64,000 nucleotides of DNA from Owenia fusiformis (lineage: Eukaryota). Positions 22,518 to 37,367 of the stretch are shown piece after piece (position 1 is the stretch's first letter; every line of letters starts with the position of its first letter). Below the pieces are notes generated by a model. It was not told the origin of the DNA, ran no database searches, and saw only the letters and a list, made by a program, of their open reading frames with translations. A program made the translations under genes and the position numbers. The stretch covers positions 12,338,001-12,402,000 of the forward strand of contig CAIIXF020000001.1 in assembly GCA_903813345.2 (NCBI GenBank), given 5' to 3'.

Positions 22518-24035
22518 TAGAAGAGGGGGAATACGCAGAATTAAAGATAGAGTGTACAGACCTAAATGAGCACATATTTTCAATTTATTCTTAATTCAAT
22601 TTATTTATTTATTTATTTTACTTCGGAAGCTTCATGATCTTTGTTAATATGGGAGAAAAATGAAGAAAATTCTGAAACAAATCGTGTCAGAAAGCTTTGT
22701 TTTCAGATGTAATAGAAACAAATCTCTTAAGTCTTCGAAAGAGCAGCTAAAAAGTCAGTTGTAATAAATGACCAAAAAGTGAGTATGTATTGTATGATTC
22801 TGATATTATCGCCCATAGAAATTGTGTCATTGGGGTTGATATTTGTATATTTTCCAATATTTCATGTTATTCCACTCTAATTTCAACAGCCCACAATATA
22901 ATGTTATACAAACGGCAATCCATGGCATATATTCTGATAAAAATGCTCTCATTTTGTGATTTTTTCACATATCCATACCCATTTTTTAGAAAATGTAGAT
23001 TATGTAATTAAACAGACGATGCTAAAATATTATTGCTATATCTTAAATTATTTATGAGATAAGGTTGTCATGATAACCTGTTTTAAAGTTGTACTAAAAC
23101 CAATTGAAGAATCTCTTATTATCTTGTTTTTAGCACAAATAGCATTTTTTGAGGTCACCTAACTATGACATACCGTGTGCCAATTTATTCTGGCACGAAA
23201 TCGAAAAGTTGTTCTTGCAAACTACTACGAAGGCTGAACCAAAGTAGAAATATACATTAGTTCCACATTCGCACGCATTCCAATAGCCACATAAATATTT
23301 TTAATTGATTGATCTTCACAACCTTTGGCGTTGCTGTTATCTATAGAGTTTAATTTTAGGTATGATATTGTTTATCATAAGCTTTATAATTGCTATTAAA
23401 GTGTGGTATATACATTCAATGCTCAAAACTCTGGTACTTATACCAGCGTTGTGTTTGTATACTGTAGATATGATTTTAATTCAGGGGTTTCACCTTTAAA
23501 AATAAGATATTGAATTATTCAAATTATGTAATAGAGCCTGTTATTTATTATCTTCTATTGTTTTTAAAACCCATTTTCTCTGAATAGATACAATGCATAT
23601 GGCTATCTATCAAATCATGTCTAAATCACTTTATTCCAATATTCCTATAATAACAATGTTTTTACTGAATACAATGCATAGATGCAGTCAGGTATGAATA
23701 ATTATTTTTCGAATTTATTTATACTGCTGTGTCTATATACTTCTTGCTCATGTTTGGAACCATTTGTTAATGATATTTCTTTTAATACCATTGCCATTTT
23801 AATACCATTACCATTGCTAAGTTGATCTGTACCTACATTTGTACAACTGTAAGTACTTAAAAATTATTCATAATAGAAAAGTGGTGTTAAAAATTATTTT
23901 CATGTATATAATGTATGATGATTGGAGAGAACTAGAAAAAGAAAATGATCATTTAAGAATCAATAAAAGGGAATTGCTAGCTACCTAATGCCAACCATGC
24001 TCTAAAATTCATGATTGTAACTGGATCTCCTTTAA

Positions 24036-26393
24036 AGGGATAATAACCTCAAGTAAAAACTATGATTCATCAGAATAATAAGTCTATAATCAAAAACATG
24101 ACCCGGGTATGAGCGACGATCTTCTTATGCATCGGCAGATATATTTGAATTAATTTTGAGGTATTGGATCTTCACCTGGATTATGGAGGTCGCCATAACC
24201 TACCTATGAATATTCATGAGCGGCGTCACTGCGACTCGACAAATTCCAGCATTTTGATTGGCCCGAAAAATGCGCATGCGCAATTGTAGCGGGGCGGCCA
24301 CATTGAAAAATATTACGAACTTCTTAACAAGAAAATGGAGCAATTTGAAGATTTTGACGATGTATTTGGCATATTGGCATACTATAATATGATATCACCT
24401 GTTCGAGAAAAACATGACCATGTTCACATCAATACTTACAATTCATAGAATTAACTCCCAAAGTGCCAATCAAAACCAAAAACTGACCAACTCGTGAACG
24501 TTGGTTACCGACGTGACAGGAAAATGCGTTAATTTTATGTTGACAATCAATTATCTCTCGATCGTTTTGCTTGAAGATTAAACATATTCGGATCTTTTAT
24601 TTAATAAAATGACGAATGGCAGATATTAATTGGATTTTTGACACTCTGTTATAAATATAAGGCTGATAATGTATTCCCCGTCAAGGAGGATTGGCTCCCA
24701 GAATCGAAGTCGATATTTTCCAACAATGAAAACGCCGAGATGTCGTTATTTTCTGAAATTATAACCGATTATAAATTCAAAATAAACAGTTCAAAAGATT
24801 CGAACCAATATCTCAATCATTTCCTGTGAGTTTTGGAATTTTTCGTCAGGAAATAAGACCAAAATTTACGATTCAAATGTTGAAGTGAACAAAATGGCGG
24901 TTGTTGGAATTCAAATTTTGTAGCACGACATGCCCATATATGGGACAGAATATCGATGTTGCACTCTGGGAGCCAATCCTCCTTGATTCCCCGTCATGAA
25001 TGATCGCGATCGATGACGCAAGGTTCGTCATTTCGATCACCATGGAGGAGTATTTTTTTGTATTTACAGTAGACAACAAACAATTTAAAGGCTCGTAGAC
25101 CTAGTATGTTATATTTATTTCACAAATATGGTATTAAGTTATAAAGCTTTTAAAGACATACGATACGATACGATACAATTCAAAAAGTTTTTTCAAAATG
25201 GCGTCGACCTAACCGGCACATGGCCTGTTTCAGTTCTCTTTTTGGGACCGGATTGCTCGCCTTGAATCCGTTTTCTTTGGTTTCTTGTGAGAGAATATGT
25301 ATGGTATGGCAACTGCCCGAACGACAGTGAGATTCCATTGTCGATAACGACAGTGTTATTTCTGTTGCCGATAGCAAACTGTCGTGGGTAAACCCGGAAG
25401 TAAAATTGTGTTCAATCTACGCCGTTTGAGGAGAAAATCAGCTAAAACAACTTGCCCCGCGTGTCTAGAACCATCATCACTGTAGCGTCTATATAATCAA
25501 TACTTACTTGAAATATCCTGACATCGAACTAAATAAACCACTCTAACTTCAGTTGTTCATTTTTATTCACCAATCTACTTTTGAAGAGCGATTTCAGCAT
25601 TTGAGGCAATCTGCGCCAGTTCCTCTTGATTCGGAATCTAGTTCATGCGCATTAGAATGAATAATTTGATTGGCTTAATTCCAAAAACACATGCGCACTT
25701 GTAAATTATTTCAAACTACTAGGCATGCGTGAAGAGTTGAAGCAAAAACGAAACTGCTGCAGATTACCCTACTTATTCGATGGCGGAATTAGAAAATTCT
25801 TTATTCAAAATGTTTTCCCGTATTGGGGAACACAACCCCAGGATAGATATAGGACGACAAGCAAGACAATAATAAGTAGGAATCTTTGATTGTTAAAAGC
25901 CGTGCATGAAACTTTTCAGAAACTATAGTAAGTGACACTGTTTTAAATGTATTCTATTCCCCGGGGATTCGGTCCACGACAACGACAGCTGGTTTGAACT
26001 GTCGACAGATTTTAATTCTACCGTCACCAGCCGACTGTCGTACTGTCGTTCAGGCATTTCTTTTAAAGTCCTTATCCCAAGTCTAGCTCTATCAGTGGAA
26101 ATATTTGAACAATTTACCGCACAACACATAGGCATTTTCCTTTGTTGTGAATGCTTTCAAAATGGCGACTCAGGTCGCAGAAACGTCACACTTCCGGTCT
26201 ACATCCGGGTGTCTGAGGGAAATATGGCGAGCCCCGTCCAACAGACAACTGGGTCACTGGGTCAATTTATGATTTTTATTTTCAATATTATACAAAAACT
26301 AACACATAACAAGATTTTCAACTTATTGCATTTTATTCAGTAGTATTGTAACTACATATAATGATGATTAGAATACCTGACATTATTTCCGCT
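24036..26393. mobile_element. Probable non-autonomous Kolobok-type DNA transposon with THAP remnant
   Basis: TTAA at 24032-35 and 26394-97; AG...CT termini; imperfect TIR 14/20; subterminal aatca..aa..tgacccrg mirror; minus-strand MPMCCAVNCSN at 26135. Confidence 0.5.
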
Positions 26394-26596
26394 TTAATAT
26401 GAAAGTTAGCGTGACATCTCACTTATATTAATTGAATCGATTTTTAGATTTTGATCAATTAATGCGATTATCGATTTACCTTTATTAATGCTAAATTACA
26501 TCAATGAACTAGTTTAAGTTAACTAGATTAATTACATTTTTTGTTGGACATTGAAATATTGACCCAGCCCCTTAGGTACCATTATCTACTTATATA

Positions 26597-27428
26597 CTTT
26601 TATCGTAAAACATAGCTAAAATTGCATATCCAAGTAGGTGTGTCCGGGCAACAACTCAAATACCGGTTGACGGATTTCATTCAAATTTTATAGGCTTATG
26701 CCTTATGAATGTAAGACCTCCGCTCGAGAAGGAAATTTCAATATGGCTGCTAAATTTAAAATGGCGGCCATTTTTCGGGAAAAAAAATCTTTGATAACTC
26801 AAATACTGGTGCATGGATTTGGTTCAAATTTTATATGCTGATGACATTTTCAAGATGGCCACCATATATCAAAATGGATTTGGTTCAAATTTTACATGCT
26901 GATGCCCATGGACATAGGAGCTCTGCTTGAGAAGGGATTTTCAAGATGGGAGCTAAATTTCAAAATGGCCGCCATTTTTATAAAAGAACAGTAACCTTTG
27001 ATAACTCAAATACCAATTGATGGATTTGGTTCAAATTCTATATACTGATGCCTAGAAACAAAGAAGTTCTGCTCAAGAAGACATTTTCAAGATGGCCACT
27101 GAATTTCAAAATGGCCACCATTTTTTGTAAAAAAAACATAATCATTGATAACTCAATACCAGTGGATGGATTTGATTCCTTGATAATCCTTGATAACTCA
27201 AGTACCAGTGACAGATTTGGATTAAATTGTATATGCTGATGCCTTGGGACATAGGAGCTCTGCTAAAGAAGAAATCTAAAGATAACAGCTGAATTTCAAA
27301 ATGGCAACCATGTTTCATAAAAACATAATCTTTGATAATTCAAATACCAGTGGATGGATTTGGCTCAAATTTTATATGGCCGCTATTTATCAAAACATAT
27401 TTTGTTCGGTGGGATTTGCTACTCCATG
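26597..27428 (-). mobile_element. HINE-like element, family E, with diverged central tandem repeats
   Basis: Reverse-complement start aactagaaaaacagcaactccatggagtagc; repeated gataactcaaatacc..gatggatttggttcaaatttta and caaaatggccgccatttt. Confidence 0.6.
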
Positions 27429-27524
27429 GAGTTGCTGTTTTTCTAGTTACGCCATTCGTCAAAAGCATTAAATCAATTGGCCAGTTTGAACAGCTGAATC
27501 TGTCATCGTGGGTTGGCAACCGGC

Positions 27525-27969
27525 GAAATCTGACTTTATATTTGAGATTTGACCTTCAATGACCCTTTCAAAGTCAAAAAGGGTTAAAGTAGGTCAAAAA
27601 AGTCTTTTTTCAACTTACTTCAAATTGACCAATTTTTTTTTCAAAATCATCTACAAGTTATCAGAAGTTCAAATCTGACTTTAGTTTTGAGATTTGACCT
27701 TCAATGACCTTCTCGAGGTCAAAAAGGTCTTTTTTCAACTTGCTTCAAATTGATGAATCATGTACAAGTTCCCAGGATTTCAAATCTGACTTTAGATTTG
27801 AGATTTAACCTTCAATGACTTTCTCAGGGTCAAAAAAGTTTTTTTCAACTTTCTTCAAATTGACCAAGATTTTTTCAAAATCATCTTCAAGTTCTCAGAA
27901 ATTCTTAAGATTGAACTCATAATACTGTGAGCAACTAGGTGGTGACATTTTGTTATGTTAATGCCTTGT
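27525..27969 (-). repeat. Three tandem ~110-145-bp monomers attached to a family F end
   Basis: aaatctgacttta..tttgagatttgaccttcaatgac x3; ends ggtggtgacattttgttatgttaatgccttgt. Confidence 0.65.
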
Positions 27970-28785
27970 CATATTTGTTATTTTCGCTTTTTTTTTACTC
28001 GAAAAGTAGTCAAGCGAATATGTGAATACTTTGAAGCATTTTACATTGTCTTGTGATAATTTGGCTAATAGGTGGCCATTTTCAAAAATAGCAGCCATTT
28101 GGCGTTTAATTGGATTTTCCTCGCCTTTCTTGGCATTGCTGTTAACCTACCAATACAGCATGTCACAGTCACCTTTGAGAATCATTGTTTAGTGTTTATG
28201 TTAAAATTGATTAATGCAGTATTATGTTCAATATTTTATATTTATTGTATTCTTTATTGAGGATCTATTTTCCCTTGTTAATGTCAACGTATTCAAATGT
28301 GTTCAAGCAATCTCTGAGAATTAATCAACCATTTTGCAGTTCTCTTAAATTATTTTTATATTTCTGATATTGTCATTTAAATCATTGTATTTTGAGCGAG
28401 TTTTGCATGTCTATGGAAGCCCATATTAACTTTACCTTGAGAGGTGTGTTTGTGGGGGTTACAAGGGATTGGAGTTAGTCTAATCTTCAGCTTAAAATGT
28501 GAGATTTTTCAGATATTTTCAGGCCAGGGTTCTCCACAATTAAGTGGTACAAAAGGTTGATCAGCATTTGTATTATATCGAATAGTGATATCAGAATAGC
28601 CAGAATAATAGGCAGTGCTGATCTAAACAGGGATGAAACTTGTATCAGAGCAGTGGTTCTGAATACAGAAGATTCATACTAATTATGTCACCAACACAAG
28701 TGGTGACATTGTTATAGTCTTCAACACGGTGTTCAGCAGTTGCTGTTTGGTATTCAGTGGTTGGTGTTTGGCATTGCCTTGTAAC

Positions 28786-29747
28786 TTTTTATCGTACCTA
28801 ATAAATCGTACCTAATAAAGGTACGATATTGTCGTCAGCTTGACGGGCGGCGGCGGCGGGCGGGCGGGCGGGCGGGCGGCGTCTCACTTTTCAGCTTGTC
28901 TACAGGTTTCCAGCCAAACCATTTGACAGATTCATATGAAATTTTCAGGAATGTTTCTACGTATCAAAGTTTAGAACTGATTAGTTTTTGGGCATTCTGG
29001 GTAAATTTTAAGGTGGCCATTTTGGATTTTCCGTCCTAAAATCTTCACTTTCAAGACTTGTCTACAGGTTTCCAGCCAAACCATTTGACGGATTCATCTG
29101 AAATTTTCAGGAATGTTTCTACATATCAAAGTTAACAACTGCTTAGTTTTTGGGCATTCTGGGTAAATTTTAAGGTGGCCATTTTGGATTTTCCGTCCTA
29201 AAATCTTCACTTTCAAGACTTGTCTACAGGTTTCCAGCCAAACCATTTGACGAATTCATCTGAAATTTTCAGGGATGTTTCTACGTATCAAAGTTAAGAA
29301 TTGATTAGTTTTTTGGCATTCTGGGTAAAATTCAAGGTGGCCATTTTGGATTTTCCGTCCTAAAATCTTCACTTTCAAGACTTGTCTACAGGTTTCCAGC
29401 CAAACCATTTGAAGGATTCATTTGAAATTTACAGGGATGTTTCTACATATCAAAGTTAACAGCTGATTAGTTTTTGGGCATTCTGGGTTAATTTTAAGGT
29501 GGCCATTTTGGATTTTCCGTCCTAAAATCTTCACTTTCAAGACTTGTCTACAGGTTTCCAGCCAAACCATTTGATGGATTCATCTGAAATTTTCAGGGAT
29601 GTTTCTACGTATCAAAGTTAAGAACTGATTAGTTTTTGGGCATTCTGGGTAAATTTTAAGGTGGCCATTTTGGATTTTCCGTCCTAAATTCTTCACTGTC
29701 ACACTGCTGTGTTTTAGGTACGATATTGTTCACGTCTGTGCCTTGTT
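28786..29747 (-). mobile_element. Second family A HINE-like element (5 x 162-bp monomers), inverted relative to 10909-11670
   Basis: Reverse complement of the same ends and monomers; longer (gcgg)n tract; 14-bp duplication atcgtacctaataa in the terminal hairpin. Confidence 0.85.
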
Positions 29748-32700
29748 ATCATACCGATCATAAGGTACAATATTGTCATCAACTTGATGAATATATGTTA
29801 AACAGATACACATCAGGCATCTTACCTTTCTTGTCTGTATACAAGAATACCCCATTTTATGAAAATCAAGAACTGATTAACTTTTGGACATGCTACGTTT
29901 ATTTATAGGTGGTTGTTTTTAGGAATTTTCTTTCGTTTTGACACGTGCCTCAAAATTTTAGAACTAAGAAACCTAGGAGATGAGTATCTAATTCAAATAG
30001 CCTGTAGGTGTCCCTACCCTCTCACATGCATACATCATTGGGCTGAAGAAAAATAAATTCAATTGATAACAATTAGTGATGCTATATGGATTTTAGTTAT
30101 TTTTCAACAGAAATATTTCATCAAGGATGAAATATGAGATGGAAACTCTTATTTTAGGAAAAATACACTTTTGTTACTACCTCAATTAATGTGTTTTCAA
30201 GTCCCTACGTAATAAAGATAACATTTATAGCTGAAGGGATGATTTATATACTAGCTATTTACCAATGACTTATGTCCCTTTGGAACTGTTCCGTTCCAAA
30301 GGTAGTTAATGATATTTATGTGAATTATGTGTCTAATAAACCATTTAAGAGTGTTTAGTACTGAATGGTAACAATACATAAAATGAGAACTTTAACCAGA
30401 GCTTTCTTCGGTATGTTTCTGAGATACAGAATGACCTTTAAATTTTAATATAAATATCTGCTTGGCATGATGTCTCCCCCCCACCTATTTCGCAACCTCT
30501 TGTAGATGTGAGATGTAAAGGCGGGGAGTCACACATGCTCGCTGGAGACTATTTAAAACACAGCTGGAATATTAGTTTAAAAAGTTTAATTTAACATCGC
30601 TTAAAGCCACAGTTGGTTCATAATTACCAGTCATCTATCTCATCCAAATATTTTTTCATTTTTGGTTTGTAATGTGCTAACTTTAGATTCATAGCTATAG
30701 GATTTGTAGATTCATATTTCAGACTCCAGCTGCAGATGTGGTGACAATATCATGGGATGTACCGCTTTTGTATCGCAAACCATTATCTTTTAGTTTTTAT
30801 GTTACCATCAAAAGTGATGAGATATTGTTATAGTCTCCAACATTTTTGTGGATGGTGTTTGGCACTTTGTGTTTGGCATCTGTAACAGTGTTCAGTGTCT
30901 GTAACACCATTTGGTAGTCAGCATCTGTAACAAATGGCAGGTGGGGACATTTTGCATGTTAATGCCTTGTACAGTAATTGTATTATCACAATATTTGCCA
31001 TAGAAAATTGAAGTTAGGATTTGAGTTTCTGTTTTCTTTACATCTTTTGGTCAAAATATCTCACTATTTCCTTGTTTTGATTGTTAGATTGCTTTCAACA
31101 GTTTCGCTTGTAATTTTGAAAATTTTGCAGCACCCAGTGTTTATATTTAATGTTTGAAGAGCTAGAAATATTTCAGTTTAAAACTCAACATATGAATTAT
31201 TTTCAGACAGATGTTTCAAATCATTAAATGGTCATTATATGTCATTTGGGTTGAGTAAATATATTTTAAATGCACATTATATAGAGATGCTCTTATTGCA
31301 ATCAAAATGTGTTAATTAACATGTGTATATATAGTTATCACATGTGATATGATTGTATGTTCTCTGCAGAGAATATATGTTGAATTGTTTTTAATATGCT
31401 TTCAGGAATGCTGCTCTTATATGTGCTATAACACTGGAAGGAACAAAAACATTGAAGAAATATAAGTAAATAGAAGAAGGTAAGTATCCATTTTTGTTTA
31501 CTTTCACATTATGCATGAATATTATGACTATACATCTATGTTTGTGCCCAGGCCGAAGAATGCTCAAGAACTGAACAAAAATTAGATGCACTGAACAATG
31601 TCTCATATCTCATAATATAGACAGCTTAACATAACTTCTCTTAGATATTGATTGATATACTGTTTATATTTAGAAATTCATTATAGATACTTTTTACCTT
31701 AATAATTTCATTTACTTGTACTTGTCTCTAAGCTTTTTATTTTTCAAGTTTAGGTAATAACAACTCTTATTTTCTCAGATTTCTTTTCTTAGATGCTAAA
31801 GATGATGCAAATCGCAAATTGATACAATCAAACTTGAAATATAGCTGAAGAAACAATACGAGCAAGATAAACACGACTCTTGTTATGCAAGTGACATTGA
31901 AATTATTACCCTCTAAATTCAAGACAATAAATCTTTCTCATCTTATAGGAAAAGAAAATTGAGGCATGTTTCTTCCATAAATACAGTATTATGTAAAACA
32001 TCGCAGTATTTTTTGATATAAAGACACATTTGTTATGTAGGCTTATGAAAGGAGAACAAATATTTGTTTAAGAAATTGTCTGTTTAAATGATTTATTGGT
32101 TTTCGCTGGCAACGTAGAGAGAAACAAGCCCCAGTGATTCGCCATGGTGATTTCAATAATGTGTGTTTGGTTTGTATTATTGGAAGATTCACTCGGACAG
32201 AACAGAGTGGGTTTTAAGCATCAATATATCATATTATTTTTACATTATGAATAAACAGCTAAAATGATGTGGTATTTTAGAGATAAACCAGGTTCTTTTA
32301 TGTCATGAAAAATATTAATTATCACATCCTCAATCCTGTCATCTATTTTATGTTTTTATTGCGACAACATTCTATAAACACACACAGATAAATTATCTTG
32401 GATTATTTCAAACAAATTGCATCTTTCAACCTCACAATGTGGCATATCAAGTAAATAATCAAACTCTCCTACTGATATAGACAATATATAAACCTTCCTT
32501 TTTCTATTTGATACGTGTATTTTTTATATACATGTACCTGTTGATATTCATGATTCAATGCTTTTCAATGCCACCATTTAAAAAGTATGATTGATGTCAG
32601 GGCCTGTTACACATTTGCAGCCATTTGCAATTACTGTACCAGGTGATAGTAATTTGCCTTGTTACATGTATTGGTGAATGTCATCTTAACCGAGTACAGG

Positions 32701-33734
32701 GTCGCCATCTATTGATTCAGCAAATATGAAAACAGTTATAATTTCTTTAATATATAAGGCACTAAGTATAGTAAAACCTGTCTTACTGAACACCTCTCTT
32801 TCATGAACACCTGTGTTTAGTGAATACCCCTTCTGAGCACATACTCCACAGAGTTCTGTACAAAATTGCCCCACTCTAGTGAACACCTACCTATAATGAA
32901 CACATAGGTGTTCACTGTATACAGGTTTTATTGTATTTACATAACTAGGGCATATATTGGTATCAAAGGACTTTCAATGAATACTGTAAGAATTGCATCA
33001 AGTACATACGTAACTATAGGGCCTGTATTGGTGTCATGGGATTTCAATGAATACCGTAAGCGTTACTTCCCATAGAATAGACACTAAGTGCTTAAATAGG
33101 CTTATTGTGTCTAATTATGAGCCTTTGTATTTTATTGGACATTGCGTTATATGTGGATTACTGGATTATCTATCAATTGATATGAACATTCACCATGGTT
33201 ATGTTTTAGAATATTTTAATTATAAAGTCTTCATTACATTTAAAGGCCAGGATTTCACTATGTTGTCCGCTGAAATGAGTAATTACTATTATTACCACCT
33301 TTTATTGAAAAAGGAGGCAAATGTTTCATCAAGGCGGGACAAAAATTTCAATAAGTAGTATAATTTTAATGTTTGTTAGTTAGATTAACAATACTCCTCA
33401 GGGTTCTCACTCGGCTTTTAGACTCCAGAGATTCTCCAAATAGTAGGATTAAAATGGGGATGCCCCCATAAATCATAGAATCTCAGTCTTTATTCCATAA
33501 ATAAAATCAGAACTGTTGGAATGTTTAGAATACAGAAATAACATGGAACATTGAGAGTAAAAATATTTATATTCATATTTATAACAGAAGGAATGTACTG
33601 GTAAAAGAGTACGAAATTTGTAGCTGTATCCCAGTCAATTAACTCACCATTAAGAAATGAATACTCTTGATTTGTTTTTCACTTTTACTAACATGTATCT
33701 ATCATATGTCCATTGAGTGCCGTGTAAAGACACC

Positions 33735-33972
33735 CTGAAATAGGATGAAATGAGGTTACCATCTCTGAAATAAGAAGAAATGAGGTTACCATCTCTGAAA
33801 TAGGATGAAATGAGGTTACCATCTCTGAAATAAGAAGAAATGAGGTTACCATCTCTGAAATGGAAGAAATAAGGTTACTATCTCTGAAATAAGAAGAAAT
33901 GAGGTTACCATCTCTGAAATAGGAAGAAATGAGGTTACCATCTCTGAAATAGGATGAAATGAGGTCACCATC
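33735..33972. repeat. 30-bp minisatellite (~8 copies)
   Basis: Unit tctctgaaatargawgaaatgaggttacca. Confidence 0.9.
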
Positions 33973-36900
33973 AAGTCTCATCATTATCCCAATCAGATCA
34001 GGGTTTAATGCAGGATCAAATTAAGTCCGAGATATGATAGATTGATTTAATCAAACTTCATCAATTCTGGCATCTGACCGAGGCAATAGTTATTCTCTTG
34101 ATGTGATAGAACTAGGAGTTTGTCAATATATCCTATTTATAACCCTTGATAGCTTATAGATGGGCATATACCAGTGTACAGAATCAGGGGGCCATCATGC
34201 TTTGAGGTGTATCGAGGAATTCAGTCAATAGCCAAAGTGTTGTCATTCTAAATTGTTTATATGTGATAAGCATTGGGGTGATTCATTCAACACTTTGAGA
34301 AATTCTGCAGAAATCAACAGAATGAGGAGATATTTCAAGAATCAGAGCGCCTTATCATTGTCAAATGAAATAGTGATCTAGTCAACCGTGGCTAGTGACA
34401 TTAATCCCTAATGCAGTATACCAATTTAATTACAGCTGAAATGTTTCAGAAATCATCTTAGGATGGATATAAATGATCCGATTATGACAGATATTCATCA
34501 TTTCTATCAAATTGTCAGTTTCCATCCGCCAAGTTTCATTTCAGTGTAGAAATTAAATTGCAGCCAAGAATTGCCAATGTGTCCGTTTGAATAAGTTTAG
34601 GGACTTGGGAGCTATTGAATTAATTTTTTACTGATCTAGTTTGTAATAAGTACTGGAAAGTTTATAGGGTCATGGAGTAATATCCTCTATTTGAATTAAA
34701 TAAAGCCAATATATTGCATTTTCCGGAGATCTCTGCTATCGTGATAGTGGCTTGTTTTATGGCATTGATTTTGGAAGTGATCTCTTGCCCATAGTATTGA
34801 TATAAGTCAATGGATGTACAATAAAACCTGTCTAATCCAAACACCATTGGGACTGGCTTAAAGGTTTCAGATTAGGAGGTGTTCATATTTTGAGGTTTTG
34901 CAATCATGAGATTCTGGATTTTGAAAAAATGTGAAGATATTCTTCGTAATTATTTTGTTTTATTGGTCACATAGCTTTATAGGATTCCAATTATTCAAGA
35001 TTCAAATGAAAATATGGGAGCAAAACTAGTTCAGATTGAAAAGTGTTTTCAGAATAGCCAGGTGTTGGGCTATACATGTTTTACTTTATTAGAAAATAAT
35101 AAATATGGAAATATGCTTATATTTTAGGTAACTGACTACGAAATGTGTAAAACTGGTTAAAAGATCACATTTTTAAGACTTTAGAAAATGCCATATGGAT
35201 GCAAGCATGTAGTAGTAATTTCAACAGAGTAATTTCCATGATTATGAATGTTTCTTAGGCTATGTGTGTCCTAATAAGACATATCTTTAAATTAATTGAT
35301 AAATTGTGATCTTGACTGCTTTGATACATCCGTAAGACTTTTATTTTTAATAGAAATTAGTTCCAATCCAGTAACCTGTATTCGTTAGAGGCTAGTTTTC
35401 CAAGCAGATTACCCTTGATCAGGGTTAGGGTAGCCTGACCATATATGGTGTCTTATATATCTCATATTTGTCATCTCCTTGACGATTAACATTGGAATCA
35501 TGAATTATTTACACACTGGCTGTGCAACTGTTAACACTTTTTATTTCTCCTTTTACAATTATTTATGTGACTAGATTTTAAAGCAGACAACCACTCTTTG
35601 ATTAAACCTTTCTAATTATTCAGTCCATTGCAGATTTAGAAAAAATTGAATTATGAAATGATGTAAGGAGGATTTGTATCAGTATTTATGAAGATAATTG
35701 CTTGAATACAATTTTTTGCATTGGAACTTTAAACATTTTAGTAATGTTATCTTTATATTTCTGATTTTATGTTATAAGGGTAGAGTTGCACATTTTGTGA
35801 CAGATAGATTTGCTGATTAGATCTCCTAATTGAACATTGACTTGTGATTTGTTTCAAAGAACATATCAATTTTGCTCAGGAGGATTTGTATGAGGGTTCA
35901 TTAGCTGTACATTATTGGGAGGTGCTCTTGCAAGAGCTTGACTTGATGGGAAAATAGTTTACATTTAGGCCAATATCTCAGAACTCTGAAGACAAAAGGT
36001 TAACACTAATAGAATGCCTATAATCTTATATTTATCTGTATATACCAAACTTGGTTTAAAAATATATTAGTAAATAAGTGAGTAAAAAGTAGTGAATTAA
36101 AGTGAGACTTGAGGAACTTTAAAAAGCTTGACCCAACATTTGACCTAGATTTCAATCTTGATAACCAATAGTAGGTCAAAACAAACATTCTCCAAACAAA
36201 CATCATACCAGAAATGACACTAAATTTTCTCAGAATTCCGAATTCCAAAATTGAGACATCATTTTATGACCATATTAAATGGCAAATACTGTATTGAAGG
36301 TGTTATTTGGTATATGGCCAAATTTCAAAAACTCAGTTATTTAATTTTTTTCTAATTTAAACTAATTGTCATTTACCTTCAACTAGAAAATAAGATGAAT
36401 CTGATTGAACTATGTGCAGTCAGATTGTCATCATTCTGATACTCATAGCATCTTTCTGTTACACCTGAGGGCTGAGAAGATTTGAGATGTCATGGTTTAT
36501 CATGATGGACTGTCATTATGAAAACAAATATAATATTTCATTGGTTGATAACCAAAAGAGAAACTATGATTAACTCATTGCTGGCCAAAGCTATTTTGGA
36601 GATTTTCAGCTGGTGACCTGCCATTTAGATGAAAAATTGAGCAAAATTGCATGTTTCCATATTACCATAAAATGGACCCGATCTCAACACCCTCTGTGCT
36701 ATGTTTGTGAAGCCAATGACAATATATTTCAATTGCACCCAACCATGGTCCCCTAGCAACCCCTTCAATATTTGGTAATATTATTGGTACAGATCGTCTG
36801 ACAATTATTGGAGAGCATTCCGAGATATCTCGGGGTTGGTCAGATACGATTATGACGTCATAGATGAAGTAGCTTGGGGTTGGTCAGCAATGAGTTAAGA

Positions 36901-37367
36901 ATAGAAACAATAAAAAAGAATTGTTATGCATGATGTTGTATTTTTCCCCCCAAAATTATTTTTAAATTCAAGATGTTTATTTCAAATATTAGGTGTTCAT
37001 TACACATTCCAGATGATAGAAATAGTTTTGTTTCTTATTTAAATACCATTTTATCTTTTTATAATATGAGTTACGTAACAGGTGTGACATTTGCACAAAA
37101 AATAAACAAAACATTCTACATACATGTACTAATAAAAATTGAAAACCAATACTAAAGAGTTAAATATATCTTCCCAGAAGTCATTGGCAGGAACACACAT
37201 TTCTTGATTTGTTGTTTTTTAGACTTTTGTCTTTTAAGTCAGGATTGTTTGTTGAAACATGGAGAGATGAGAAATCTGCTATCTTTCTAGTTAAAAGTCG
37301 TTCAGTACACGTATTACTATCCCATAGAATTAATTATTTTTACTTTTGGCACTTTTATTAAGGTACA

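Noticed and set aside
25923..26135. Intact THAP-domain host gene
   Set aside because: Only the first C-x4-C is present; the later W, C-x2-H and AVP motifs are not found in frame, and no downstream exon was identified. Treated as a transposon remnant.
33688..33984. 98-aa ORF with ISSYFRDGNL / ISEMVTSF repeats
   Set aside because: Translation of the 30-bp minisatellite
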